A DNA stretch of 64,000 bases, taken from NCBI RefSeq assembly GCF_006345805.1, contig NC_042999.1, positions 142,104,001-142,168,000 of the forward strand, read 5' to 3'. The position numbers and the translations under genes were made by a program. The stretch is from Octopus sinensis. Lineage: Eukaryota. Every line of letters starts with the position of its first letter. Position 1 is the stretch's first letter. Of the stretch, positions 1-10,855 are shown piece by piece. The notes below the pieces were generated by a model, which worked only from the letters and a program-made list of their open reading frames with translations, was not told the DNA's origin and did no database searches.

Positions 1-170
1 GGGGCCAGGCGAGACTGGCAAGCGGCCACGAACGGATGGTGCTTTTACGTGTCACCGGCACGGGGGCCAGGCGAGGCTGGCAACGGACACGAACGGATGG
101 TGCTTTTACGTGCCACCGGCACGGAGGCTAGACAGGGCGGCGCCGGCAACGACCACGATCGGATGGTTCG
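1..170 (-). repeat. About 62-bp tandem units in the RTE 3' UTR
   Basis: About 2.7 copies of ggggccaggcgag..ggcaa..acgaacggatggtgcttttacgtg.caccggcacg; same units at about 14060-14219. Confidence 0.85.
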
Positions 171-329
171 CTTAACCACAGCTGCAATTCCCACTGATGT
201 TGATTGACCTCAATTTTGGTTCTGCTTTCTGATATATGATTTGATTTGGTTTGATTTTGATTGTTCTCACTGGTCTTGCCGGGTCTTCTCACGCACAGCA
301 TACTTCCATAGGTCTCGGTCTCTGGTCAT

Positions 330-1720
330 TTATTTGGTGATACCTAAAGTTCGAAGGTCGTGCTTCACCACCTCGACCCAGGTTTTCCTGGGTCTACCTC
401 TTCCACAGGTCCCCTCAACTGCCAGGGTGTGGCACTTTTTCACACACCTATCTTCATCCATTCTCGCCACATGACCATACCAGCGCAACCGTCTCTCTTG
501 CACACAACATCTGATGCTTCTTAGGTTCAACTTTTCTCTCAAGGTACTTACACTCTGTCGACTATGAACACTGACATTACACATCCAACGGAGCATACTA
601 GCTTCATTTCTTGCGAGCTTACGCAAATCCTCAGCGGTCACAGCCCAAGTTTCACTACCATGTAGCATGGCTGTACGTACACATGCATCATACAGTCTGC
701 CTTTTACTTTGAGCGAGAGGCCTTTTGTCACCAGCAGGGGTAAGAGCTCGCTAAACTTTGCCCAGGCTATTCTTACTCTAGCAGTTACACTTTCAGCACA
801 CCCGCCCCCACTACTGACTTGGTCATCTAGGTAGCGGAAGCTATCAACTACTTCTAGTTTTTCTCCCTGAAACGTGATAGAAGTTGGTCTCTGCATATTT
901 TCAGAGTTTATTGCTCCTGAGCATCTGCCACAGATAAAAACTATTTTCCTAGTTAGTCTTCCTTTGACATTACTACATCTCCTATGTGTCCATAGCTTAC
1001 ATTTGGTGCATCTTATAGAGTTTCTACCTACGCCTTTTCTACAGATCGAGCAGGGCCATCTACCTGAAGGCGTTTGTGATTGGTCTACCTTCCTACTTAT
1101 TAGGACTTTGGTTTTGGCTAGGTTTATTCTAAGGCCCTTCGATTCTAAACCTTGCTTTCACACCTGAAACTTCTCCTCCAGTTCTGATAGAGACTCAGCA
1201 ATTAGAGCAAGGTCATCAGCATAGAGGAGCTCCCAGGGGCATCCTGTCTTGAATTCCTCCGTTATTGCCTGGAGGACTATGATAAATAGGAGGGGACTGA
1301 GGACTGAACCTTGGTGGACCCCAACTTCTACCCTGAATTCTTCACTGTACTCGATGCCAACCCTCACCTTACTAGCAGCGTCTCTGTACATGGCTTGTAC
1401 AGCTCTCACTAACCATTCATCTATCCCTAGTTTCCTCATTGACCACCAGATAAGGGATCGGGGGACCCTGTCCAAGGCTTTCTCCATATCGACAAAAGCC
1501 AGGTATAGGGTCTTGTCTTTGGCTAGGTATTTCTCCTGCAGCTGTCTTACCAGGAATATAGCATCAGTAGTACTTTTCCCTGGCACGAACCCAAACTGCA
1601 TCTGATCTAAGCTAACTCTCTCTCTAATTTGTTGGGCTATAACCCACTCCGTAACCTTCATTACCTGATCTAGCAGCTTGATACCCCTGTAGTTATTTGT
1701 ATCTAGGGCGTCACCTTTGT
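330..1720 (-). pseudogene. Reverse transcriptase region of the RTE ORF, containing a PHD-like finger at 921-1052
   Basis: Track ORFs 1158..1661 and 330..896 are in one frame, separated only by a TGA (W to stop). The intervening translation reads KQGLESKGLRINLAKTKVL...CSIC...CTKC...HRRC...CGRC. Confidence 0.9.
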
Positions 1721-2143
1721 AGCAGTTGACTATTATGCTACTACACCAGTCATTGGGAATGACTCCTTCGTGTTATCACCTGGTTAACTATACAGGTGAC
1801 TAGGCTATAGCCAGCACTACCAGATATTTTGAGCATCTCTGCAGTAATTCCTGATGGGCCTGGGGTTTTCCCTGTTTTCATGCTTGTAATTGCCTTAACT
1901 ACTAAGGAACTGTCAACTCGGATTGCTGGTCCCTCTGTTGGGTCAACATTCGGCAGACTCTCTTTATCCCATTCATTTTCCTCATTCAGCAACCTTTCAT
2001 AGTGGCGTCTCCAAACCTCCCTCTTTGCATCCTCATTTAGCGCAAGTGAGCCGTCATCCTTGCGAACACATTTCTCTCCTACCACGCCACGATTCTCTCT
2101 CACACACTGTCTTGCAACACGAAATACCTCAAGTCTTTCATCC

Positions 2144-3358
2144 TCACGGCGCAGGACATTGGCAAATTTTTTCTGCTTCCCCTCTGGCTAAATACACCTG
2201 CCTCCTAGCCTCCCTTCTTGCAGTCTGATACACTTCCCTGCTACCACCGTTCTTCCAGTCCTTCCAAGCCTGTTTCTTTTGTCTAATAGCCCTGTCAACA
2301 GTATTGTTCCACCACCACATTATTTTGGGTCTTGTGGGGACTTTGCACCAGCCACAGATCTGGTCAGTGGCTTTCAGCAGGTTGTCCCTTAGAAGCGCCC
2401 TGTTATCTTCTACCCCATGTGTAGCTATACCCCCTTCTATTTCGTCGAAGGCTTCAAGTAACATGCCTCTAAATCTCTGTCCATTTACAGGGTCTTTAAG
2501 CTTCCAGACCCTTCTTCTCCATGTTGGTCGTCTTCTAGTCGTCCTCTTAGTCCTGATTCTAAAGTCACTGACTACCAGTCTATGTTGTGGGGTACATTCT
2601 TCGCCTGGGAAGGTTTTGGCATTCATAAGCAGCCATCTTTCCCTTTTTCTGGCAAGGATGTAGTCGATTTGGCTAGTATGCTGGCCCGAACGGTAGGTGA
2701 CCAAGTGGCTTGTCGGTTTCCTGAAGTTAGTGTTGCAAACCATAAGACTATTCGCATCACAGAACTCCAGCAGCCTGGTTCCCTCCTCATTGCGAGAACC
2801 ATAACCATAGCCTCCATGAACGCCATAGAAGCCCTCAGCATATCGTCCAACATGCCCATTGAAGTCACCAGCCACAAAGAGAAGGTCCCTGTCGTTCGTC
2901 AATGAGGTGGTCTGCAGTAGGGTGTCATAGAAACAGTCTTTCTGTACATCGGGTAGCCCTGGCTGAGGGGCATAGGCCGATATAATAGTTGCTAAACTAT
3001 GATGGATCACTAAACTAATCTTCAGTTTTCTGTCACATACTCTGACTACCTCGATTACCTTACCTACCCATTTTTCGGCAATAAGCATACCCACTCCCCC
3101 GACCCCTTCAGTATTCCCAGCCCAGAAAATCTTGTACCTCTGTCCTTTACCTGTGAGGAACCTAGCAGAACCTCCTCTCCACCTCACCTCTTGAATACAG
3201 CATATATCCACACACCTCCGTTCAAGTAATTCAACGATCTCGCCAGATCTGCCTTTCAGTGTGCCAACGTTGAGGGTGCCAATCCTGAGGGAGTGGGAGG
3301 CATTGGACCTAGTAGCATCATGAACCTGAAAAGAAAACTCGCGTTTGGCAGGATTCAT
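2144..3358 (-). pseudogene. Apurinic-like endonuclease region of the RTE ORF
   Basis: 404-aa ORF with the canonical APE motifs; frame lost at its 3' end. Confidence 0.9.
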
Positions 3359-3660
3359 AAACAGACAATTAAACCTAAGTTCAAACCGCGTACGTTACCA
3401 ATATATCTTGCAATGAATGACCACTACCTTTTATGGAAGGAGGAGCAGGTGGCGTAAGACTTTGAAGTGAGCATGGGAGACAACAGGGATGCGAAGTGTA
3501 CATATGAGACAGACGTGTACATGGGAGACAACATGGATGAGAAAATTTTGGACTTCCTGTAGCGGTGGGGGGCAGCGTAAAACTTGAAGTGTACATCAGA
3601 GACAACGATGAGAAAATTTAAGGCTTCCTGTAACGGTGGAGGGGGTGGGAGGGCGGTCGA

Positions 3661-4338
3661 ACCCCGCGAAAAATCGGCCGCCATTGCGATCACCCCTGTA
3701 AGGAAAAACTTAAATATCTATTCTATATTTAACGAGACGAGAGGCTGAATCGATAGACAGCGATAACTAATGAATTATACATAATATGCAATACGAAGCG
3801 AGGCTGAAAATAATAAACAGAGTGACAACTAGGGATCAAAATAATAAGCAGATTAACAACTAGAGATCAGACAAATTGCATGAAAATATTACTGGTAAAG
3901 ATACGGGATGAATTAAGTTAAAAAGGTTTTTTATCTGGGAATCATTTCGTTTTCGGTCTGACTCGACAGAAAGAATTTGAAATCAAGAATGAGGCAGGTT
4001 ACTTTATGGGCTAGCTTAAGAATGCCTAGCAATGGAAAGGAATAGGAAGAGGAGGACAGACAATGTAAAAGAGGGGGAGAAAGAAAGAAGTGGTACCCCG
4101 CGAAAAATCGGCCGCCATTGCGATCACCCCTGTAAGGGAAAACTTAAATATCTATTCTATATTTAACGAGACGAGAGGCTGAATCGATAGACATCGATAA
4201 CTAATGAATTATACATAATATGCAATACGAGGCGAGGCTGAAAATAATAAACAGAGTGATAACTAGGGATCAAAATAATAAACAGATTAACAACTAGAGA
4301 TCAGACAAATTGCATGAAAATATTACTGGTAAAGATAC
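3661..4338. repeat. 244-bp direct repeat (3661-3904 and 4095-4338) upstream of the RTE ORF
   Basis: Near-identical text from accccgcgaaaaatcggccg to ctggtaaagatac in both copies. Confidence 0.9.
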
Positions 4339-4357
4339 ATATATATATATACATCTA

Positions 4358-4523
4358 TACGGCGGGGTTCTTTTAGTTTCCGTCTACCAAATCCACTCAC
4401 AAGGTTTTGGTCGGCCTGAGGCCTTAGTAGAAGACGCTTGCCCAAAGTGCCACGCAGTGCGACTGAACCCGGAACCATGTGGTTGGTAAGCAAGCTACTT
4501 ACCACACAGCCACTCTACGCCTA
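4358..4523 (-). mobile_element. tRNA-derived SINE family 1, 5' half
   Basis: Reverse complement of gagtggctgtgtggtaagtagcttgcttaccaaccacatggttccgggttcagtc...gacggaaact; many copies in the window. Confidence 0.8.
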
Positions 4524-4700
4524 CAAAACCATTTAAAAACGTAAGAAGCAAAAAAAAATATACAAATATTAAAGTGTAGCTACATAACGAAACAACCTTG
4601 TGACACATGACTGATAGTGTGAAAAGTATTCAATAGTTTATAAGAGTACTGTACTTACAGAAAAAAGAGAGTGAAGAAAGGGGTTAAAAAAATTGTTTTA

Positions 4701-5213
4701 TCTATATATATAAAACTGTAGTTGTGTGAGTGTCTGTCCCCTTCGATTTAGATTCCTAACTACTCCCACATTTTGCGGTGCAGTTTAACCAAATTCGGGT
4801 ATCTTATAGTCATGATTCATATCGAGCCCGTCTGAGTATTAGCGCGCGTCTACGATGAGTCTACGATTTAAAAAATAATTTAACATCATTTTTTATTCCA
4901 TTTTAATGCATAATTTTTCGTGTGTCGATGGCGGCGGAGTTGGCGTCCATGGTCACACCTGCACCTGTTTGCTTCTCCCCCTTCTTCCCTCCCTCGTGAA
5001 GCTGTTGGGAAGGGAGTGTAAGGAAATTCACGTCGTAAAGCGTTGTCAAGGAGACCAGCGTTCTTTTAGAACAACGACTTCATGGCTTGAAGACACCAAA
5101 ACAGAAATGGCTAAGAAAGCCCGAATTGGCATCTATAAGGGAAGTAACTCTCTAAAAATGCTTATATAGTTATTTCCCTTACAAACCCGAGCAACGCCGG
5201 GCGATACTGCTAG
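4701..5213 (+). mobile_element. Non-autonomous Helitron, type A (513 bp)
   Basis: A|TCTATATATATAAAA 5' end; subterminal hairpin cccgagcaacgccggg; CTAG|T 3' end; inserted between A and T with no TSD. Confidence 0.9.
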
Positions 5214-5504
5214 TATAATATAAAGCTGAATAGGGGAATGTTTTAGTCATTTACAGCGCAATAATATCTCCGATGATGTCAGCCATTGTGTCAATAAAAG
5301 TCGGCACGTTCACATCAGATTTTAATCCCTTGTCGTTATAGTCGTATGACAATAGTGATATGAGTCACCAAGTTAAATTTCATTCTCCTTGGACTAGAAA
5401 TATCTCTGATCAAAGGTATTTTATTATTCCTTCGCGTGACATATGTAGGTGTGATATACGCACGCGCGCATACTCGCACACTACCACGCACCGTTATATA
5501 TACA

Positions 5505-5624
<120 letters not shown>

Positions 5625-5829
5625 GACATAAGTTTCATAAACTACCACACTTGAAACGTACCTGTTATAACTCTTTATCGCGTTTTGAAGGTACCTGAAG
5701 GAATTTAGAATGCCCAAAACTTATTTCTGCAAATGTGCTAAGCACTGATACTGATCATAGTTTAATCAATAAGCGTAGGAGGTGAAATTATTCAAAGATC
5801 TGCATTGCTTTCTCAAGAACCACAGAAAA

Positions 5830-6530
5830 GTTTTTTGTTCAGTAGCTATTGTGAGTAAAACACACAACAGTTTTACAATGTTGTCGCTGCACTGTGGAAT
5901 ATAAAAAGCGCAAAGTGTGTTCAGATGTTGAATACTTGACCTCCTGACCAACTGACTGTCAAGTGTTCTATTGTCATGAATATCTGTTATCCAATCAAGG
6001 ACATTATCACGCATATAATCAGACACAATAAACTTAACATATTTTGTACAAATATGATTTGAACAGTATTTCTGTATTCAAATTGCAGTTTTGAAGCGAT
6101 ATGCATAAACTGTGAAACAATTAGTCATTGTTTGTAAATGCTGATGCATTTATTCATTCTTCATTCTACTAATTTGTATATGAGAAAATCAAACAAGTTG
6201 TCTGGACGACCACGCCATTTCATATTGTTGATTTGACATGAAGGTGTCAATATTAACTGTCGGATGGTCGAACATAATGGAGAGAAGAACCATTAACAGT
6301 GAGATGAGTTCAAATGTGCGGTTGTTCTTAAAAGTATGCATATATGTAAATGTGGTGGTAGTGTAGGGGGATAAGACTGAAAGGGGGAGAGAATAGAAGG
6401 TTAGAAGGTGAGACAAATTTTGGGGGAAGAAAGCTGGCGGAGAGTAGTTAAATATGAGAGTGACCAGACGATGAGAAGAGATGTGTAATTAAAGACGAGG
6501 AAACTTTAGGATAGTTACTAGGCGAGAACA
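5830..6530. repeat. Old unclassified repeat; diverged inverted homologue at about 15040-15880
   Basis: Shared blocks such as gaacagtatttctgtattcaaattg, atgcataaactgt and ggatggtcgaacata match the reverse complement of 15300-15640. Confidence 0.6.
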
Positions 6531-6536
6531 TGAGGC

Positions 6537-6654
<118 letters not shown>

Positions 6655-6667
6655 TGATTGATTGACA

Positions 6668-6754
<87 letters not shown>

Positions 6755-7086
6755 GAATGGGGGTTAACTGATGGATGAGCAGAGAGCAGAAAAGGTGAAC
6801 ATGAAAGAAATGACGTGGTTTAAAAGAAGAGAGAAAGAAAAATCGAAAGACAAGAGAATAAATATCTGTGCGAATACATAACGAGAGTGAGGAAGGTATG
6901 TGTGAAGAGACGGCAAAGAAAGTGGTAACAGGTTGCTGAACGGTTGCCGGGTAAATAGTGAACTTTAAAACAGGTTATTCTGATTTGAGGTTAATCAATA
7001 GAATATGAAAAGATAAATGACAACTTGAGGGCATTTGAATGCACATAAAATTGTCTGTGTGTGTACGTGTCTATTTATATATACGC

Positions 7087-7125
<39 letters not shown>

Positions 7126-7126
<1 letters not shown>

Positions 7127-8138
7127 ACGGGAAGCTTTATGAAAATAGACAAAAGACGAAGGCAGGTTTACGGAAATAAACAAAAGACGAAGGCAGGTGG
7201 AATACAAACAAACAATTGTATTAGTATGGCGCTCAGGAAATATAAATAAAACAAGTCTTTAACGTTTCGAGCCTACGCTCTTCAACAGAAAGATACACAG
7301 AGAAAAAACACAGAAAGAAGGAGAGAAAAAAAATGCGTGCAGAGGCTAGCGAATCAACATGGCGATCTGATTTCGGCCAGAAGTCAAAGATCAAACGTGA
7401 GACGCAAGAGCGAAATTAGGGGAGATAATAGGGTTAAATGACCTCGCTCCAACATAAGAGCGTGTGTGTGTGTGTATGAGAAGAGTGTGTGTGTGTATGA
7501 GAGAGTATTAGTGCGTATGAGAGGTCTGGACGTGTGTATGTATATATGATGTGATGTGTAAAGTCGTATGGTGTAGTGTAGAGAGAGGAGATGAGGGAAG
7601 AGGGGGAGGTGAGGAGAGGGTGAGGGGGAGAAAGAAAGGGGAGAGAGAGAGAGAGATGAGGGAAGAGGGGGAGGTGAGGAGAGGGTGAGGGGGAGAAAGA
7701 AAGGGGAGAAGAGGAGGGGAGAGGAGGAGGGAGGATAGAGGGAGAGGGGGAGAGAGAGAAGGGGAGTGAAGGTGCAGAGAGAAAGAGGGAAGGGGAAGAG
7801 GGAAGAAGGAGGGAGGGAGAAAGAGGGAAGAAGGGAAGAGGAGTAGGGGTGAAAGGATGAAGGACTGAAGAGAAGTAGGGGTCGGGGGAGGTTAGATGAG
7901 GAGGGGGGAGAGGGGGGTTAGATGAGGAGGGGGAGAGTTGAGACCAAATGGCGTATAAGAGCGAAGAGAGAAGATTAATTCCTGTTCACGGCGCAAACGG
8001 GAATCCGGATGGCCTCTGTGTAAGGACAAACCGAACACAGACAGGTGTTGCAAGGAGTGACCGGTGGAGCGGAAATGGCGTGAGACCGGTGTGTCGTTCG
8101 CAAGGCGGATGTCACAAAGGTGTTCCGCGAACCGGTCA
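7126..8138 (-). mobile_element. Penelope-like element 3' part: GIY-YIG C-terminus, pyrimidine-rich UTR, HHR-bearing terminal segment (family A)
   Basis: RFAEHLCDIRLANDTPVSRHF...RLRREQELIFSLRSYTPFGLN at about 7925-8138 matches the PLE endonuclease C-terminal pattern; HHR motif at 7256-7293. Confidence 0.75.
7256..7293 (-). ncRNA. Minimal type I hammerhead-like motif, family A (core CUGUUGA)
   Basis: UCUUU-CUGUUGA-A-GAGC(GUAG)GCUC-GAA-ACGU-U-AAAGA: stem I 5 bp, stem II 4 bp, palindromic stem III. Confidence 0.65.
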
Positions 8139-8357
8139 TATATACGTATATACATACATACACATGCACACACACATACAGACATATATACATGCATACA
8201 TACATACATACATACATACATACATACATACATACATACATACATACATACATACGTACATACATACATATATATAATTGTTAAAGAGGACAACAAACTT
8301 TAAGGCAAGGCAAACATCTCAAGTTGTATACATTATTATTATTGGAAAAAATTCAAA

Positions 8358-8413
8358 GTCTTACAGCTGTTTCTGGGATATCCTCGAGTATGGGATATTC
8401 CATCATCAGAGGC
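8358..8413 (-). ncRNA. Hammerhead motif, family B, one stem I mismatch
   Basis: GCCU-CUGAUGA-long stem II-GAA-ACAGCUGU-A-AGAC. Confidence 0.6.
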
Positions 8414-8555
8414 AAATGTCGTCATTAATGAAATGACGACATAGAGGAAGGGAGTAAAGGAATAAGGACATGAAGAGAGAGAAGAAAAATCCCTTCCTCT
8501 ATGTCGTCATTTCATTTATATATACTATTCTCCTTTTCCCTATTTTTCCCTATTT

Positions 8556-8611
8556 GTTTCTGATAACGGAATATCCCATAATTGGTGATATCTCAGAAAC
8601 AGTTGTAAGAC
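8556..8611 (+). ncRNA. Degenerate hammerhead motif, family B (G8A, stem III mismatch)
   Basis: GUUU-CUGAUAA-CGGAAUAUC..GAUAUCUCA-GAA-ACAGUUGU-A-AGAC. Confidence 0.45.
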
Positions 8612-8838
8612 TTTGAATTTTTTCCAATAATAGTAACGTATATGACTTGAGATGTTTGCCTTGCCTTAACGTTTGTTGTCTTCTTTAACAATTATATATC
8701 CGCTGCATCGGAAATCTGCAATGGCTCCATAACTACCGTCTCAGCTATAACCTAGGAGCCCTAGTAATCTCTTACAGCACTTACTTAGCGTACCTAATCA
8801 TTTAGATCACCTGTGAACTAAATCCCCATATATATATA

Positions 8839-8879
<41 letters not shown>

Positions 8880-8884
<5 letters not shown>

Positions 8885-9520
8885 TAATAAATAAAATATA
8901 TGCATACATACAAACATATATGTACGTACCGACATCTACATGTATATATACATGCATATATAAATATATATACGTACAGGACATCACAGGAAGACGAAAA
9001 AATCAACAGAACGAAAACGGAAAAGACATTTTGTTACAACAGAAAGACAGAGACGTGGAAGAGACGAAACGAAAACGAAAACGGGAAAAACAATTATGTG
9101 CAACAGAAAAACGAAGTACAGGACATGCTACACAAGGAAAAATCCCCTTCATCAGCTGTCGCTAGCAGACACGTGTTTCGAAGGCAGAGACAGAACACGT
9201 AAGGTCAAGCTAGGCCTTCCTACGAGAGAATTAAAATAAAATAAACTCGTAGAGGGGTAAACGAGCAAGAAAAAATGTAACACAAAAAGGGACGTAACAA
9301 AGAACTGCACAAAAAAATACATACAAGAAAAAAATAATACAAAATTAAAGATACATGTACAAGAAAATACATAACGAGAATTAAATTACAATACGAGAAA
9401 TCAAAAATAAACAAGAGAACAAACGAAAAAGACGAACGAAGGCCTTTGTTCAGGCTGGGACGAGAAGGTAACTGGCGAGCGCGAGGAAACATGACCTTAG
9501 GGCCTGAATGCAACAGGCGG
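8880..9520 (-). mobile_element. Unclassified, probably PLE-derived repeat (family E); homologue at 14370-14600 and probably near 21.1 kb
   Basis: Shared text aaacatatatgtacgtacc..ctacatgta..tacaggaca and aaaatccccttc.tcag; next to a (TA)n tract. Confidence 0.5.
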
Positions 9521-9546
9521 AAAAGGTTTATATATATATATATGTA

Positions 9547-10260
9547 TACACAAATATGAGAGAGAATCCACTATGTGGACGCTCTTACGCTAAAAATAGA
9601 TCCGCAATGGTCTCAACCACTAAGAATTGTTCTCAAGAAAAATTTAGCACAACTATGAACGTAAGCAAGCAGGACAAATGAAAAATAACAAAAATATAGA
9701 TTAACTTCAGACAATTGTTTTACTGTTAATAAATTATGCAATTTTACTTACACAATAAATCTACAGATCATCAGTGAGATTCGTCATAAAATATAACACG
9801 AAGTCAAAAACACGAGTAGTTCGGCCTATTATATTCGGAGTTGTGTTCAAATGCCCTCGTTCGAGCGTGCCCAAATTCCCGGAAATAAATACTGCATAAA
9901 TAATTTACTGCAGTAGTTAGTGCCGGTTTGAGAACATATTAATTTATAATTAAAATCAAAATAAGGGTGAAAAAATTGGACATTAATTTAATAACATCAA
10001 TTTAACACCAAGTGGTTTAGCGCATAAAAAACTGAGATTCAGTAAATATTATTACACAAATATGAGAGAGAATCCACTATGTGGACGCTCTTACGCTAAA
10101 AATAGATCCGCAATGGTCTCAACCACTAAGAATTGTTCCCAAGAAAAATTTAGCACAACTATGAACGTAAGCGAGCAGGACAAATGAAAAATAACAAAAA
10201 TATAGATTAACCCCAGACAATTGTTTCACTGTTAATAAATTATGCAATTTTACTTACACA
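9547..10260. repeat. 208-bp direct repeats (9547-9754, 10053-10260) around a 298-bp core
   Basis: About 97% identical by eye (about 5 substitutions and 1 indel). Confidence 0.9.
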
Positions 10261-10331
10261 TTTAATTATATGTATATATATATACATACATACATACATA
10301 CGTATATATATATGTATATATATATATGTGT

Positions 10332-10396
<65 letters not shown>

Positions 10397-10416
10397 ATTA
10401 TATATATATATATATA

Positions 10417-10650
10417 CAATTGTTAAAGAGGACAACAAATATTAAGGTAAGGCAAACGTCTCAAGCCGTATACAATATTAATATTGGAAAAAATTCACAG
10501 TCTTACAGCTGTTTCTGGGATATCCCCGAGTATGGGATATTCCGTCATCAGAGACAAATAGGGAAAATAGGGAAAATGAGAATGGTATATATTAATGAGA
10601 TGACGACATAGAGGAAGAGAGTAAAAGAATAAGGAGATGGAGAGAGAAAA
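10417..10650 (-). mobile_element. Family-B PLE-like terminal segment
   Basis: Homologous to both arms of 8271-8699; starts at a (TA)n tract; carries an HHR motif. Confidence 0.7.
10500..10555 (-). ncRNA. Intact-looking type I hammerhead, family B
   Basis: GUCU-CUGAUGA-stem II of about 9 bp-GAA-ACAGCUGU-A-AGAC: canonical core, GUA cleavage triplet, stem I GUCU/AGAC. Confidence 0.8.
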
Positions 10651-10844
10651 GAAAAAAGAAGCATAAAAGTTCACAGTTCAACTTTACGATGTTGTAGAAA
10701 CAAGAGCATAAGTCCTTAGGTGCAATCCTGCGTAGATCCATGTGGGTTAAAATCCTGATATAGTAAACACCCAGAGAAAGGACTTATGCTCTTGCTTTTA
10801 CAACAGCAGAAGGTTGAACTATGAACTTTTATGCTTCTTTTTTC
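10651..10844. repeat. Imperfect inverted repeat, 67-bp arms, 60-bp spacer
   Basis: gaaaaaagaagcataaaagttc...agcataagtcctt versus aaggacttatgct...gaacttttatgcttcttttttc. Confidence 0.85.
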
Positions 10845-10855
10845 ACAAAACGATT

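Larger units (their letters stand above)
1..3358 (-). mobile_element. RTE-clade non-LTR retrotransposon, near full length, decayed; 3' UTR runs off the window start
   Basis: APE motifs (IGTLNVGTL, CIQEVRW, SAYAPQ, GDFNGHVG, QIDYIL, HRLVVSD) followed by RT motifs (QFGF, AFVDMEKALD, GVHQGSVLSPLLF, YADD) and an RTE-type C-terminus (MLHGSETW, RRLRWYGHV, GRGRPRKTW). Frameshifts near 1720-1780 and 2150; premature TGA at 1158-1160. Confidence 0.95.
8271..8699. repeat. Fold-back of two family-B PLE-like terminal segments in opposite orientation
   Basis: 8271-8453 is the reverse complement (with an indel) of 8490-8699; 36-bp spacer. Confidence 0.85.

Noticed and set aside
4906-5169. Recurrent ORF LLLPLLPSLVKLWGRECKEINVVKRCQGDQRSF... 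in six or more places
   Set aside because: It is the Helitron central segment. The two long versions differ by a frameshift and many non-synonymous changes, so there is no sign of coding constraint, and I recognise no protein.
9547-10260. TRIM or LTR retroelement
   Set aside because: No TG..CA termini, PBS, PPT or TSD found; kept only as a direct repeat.
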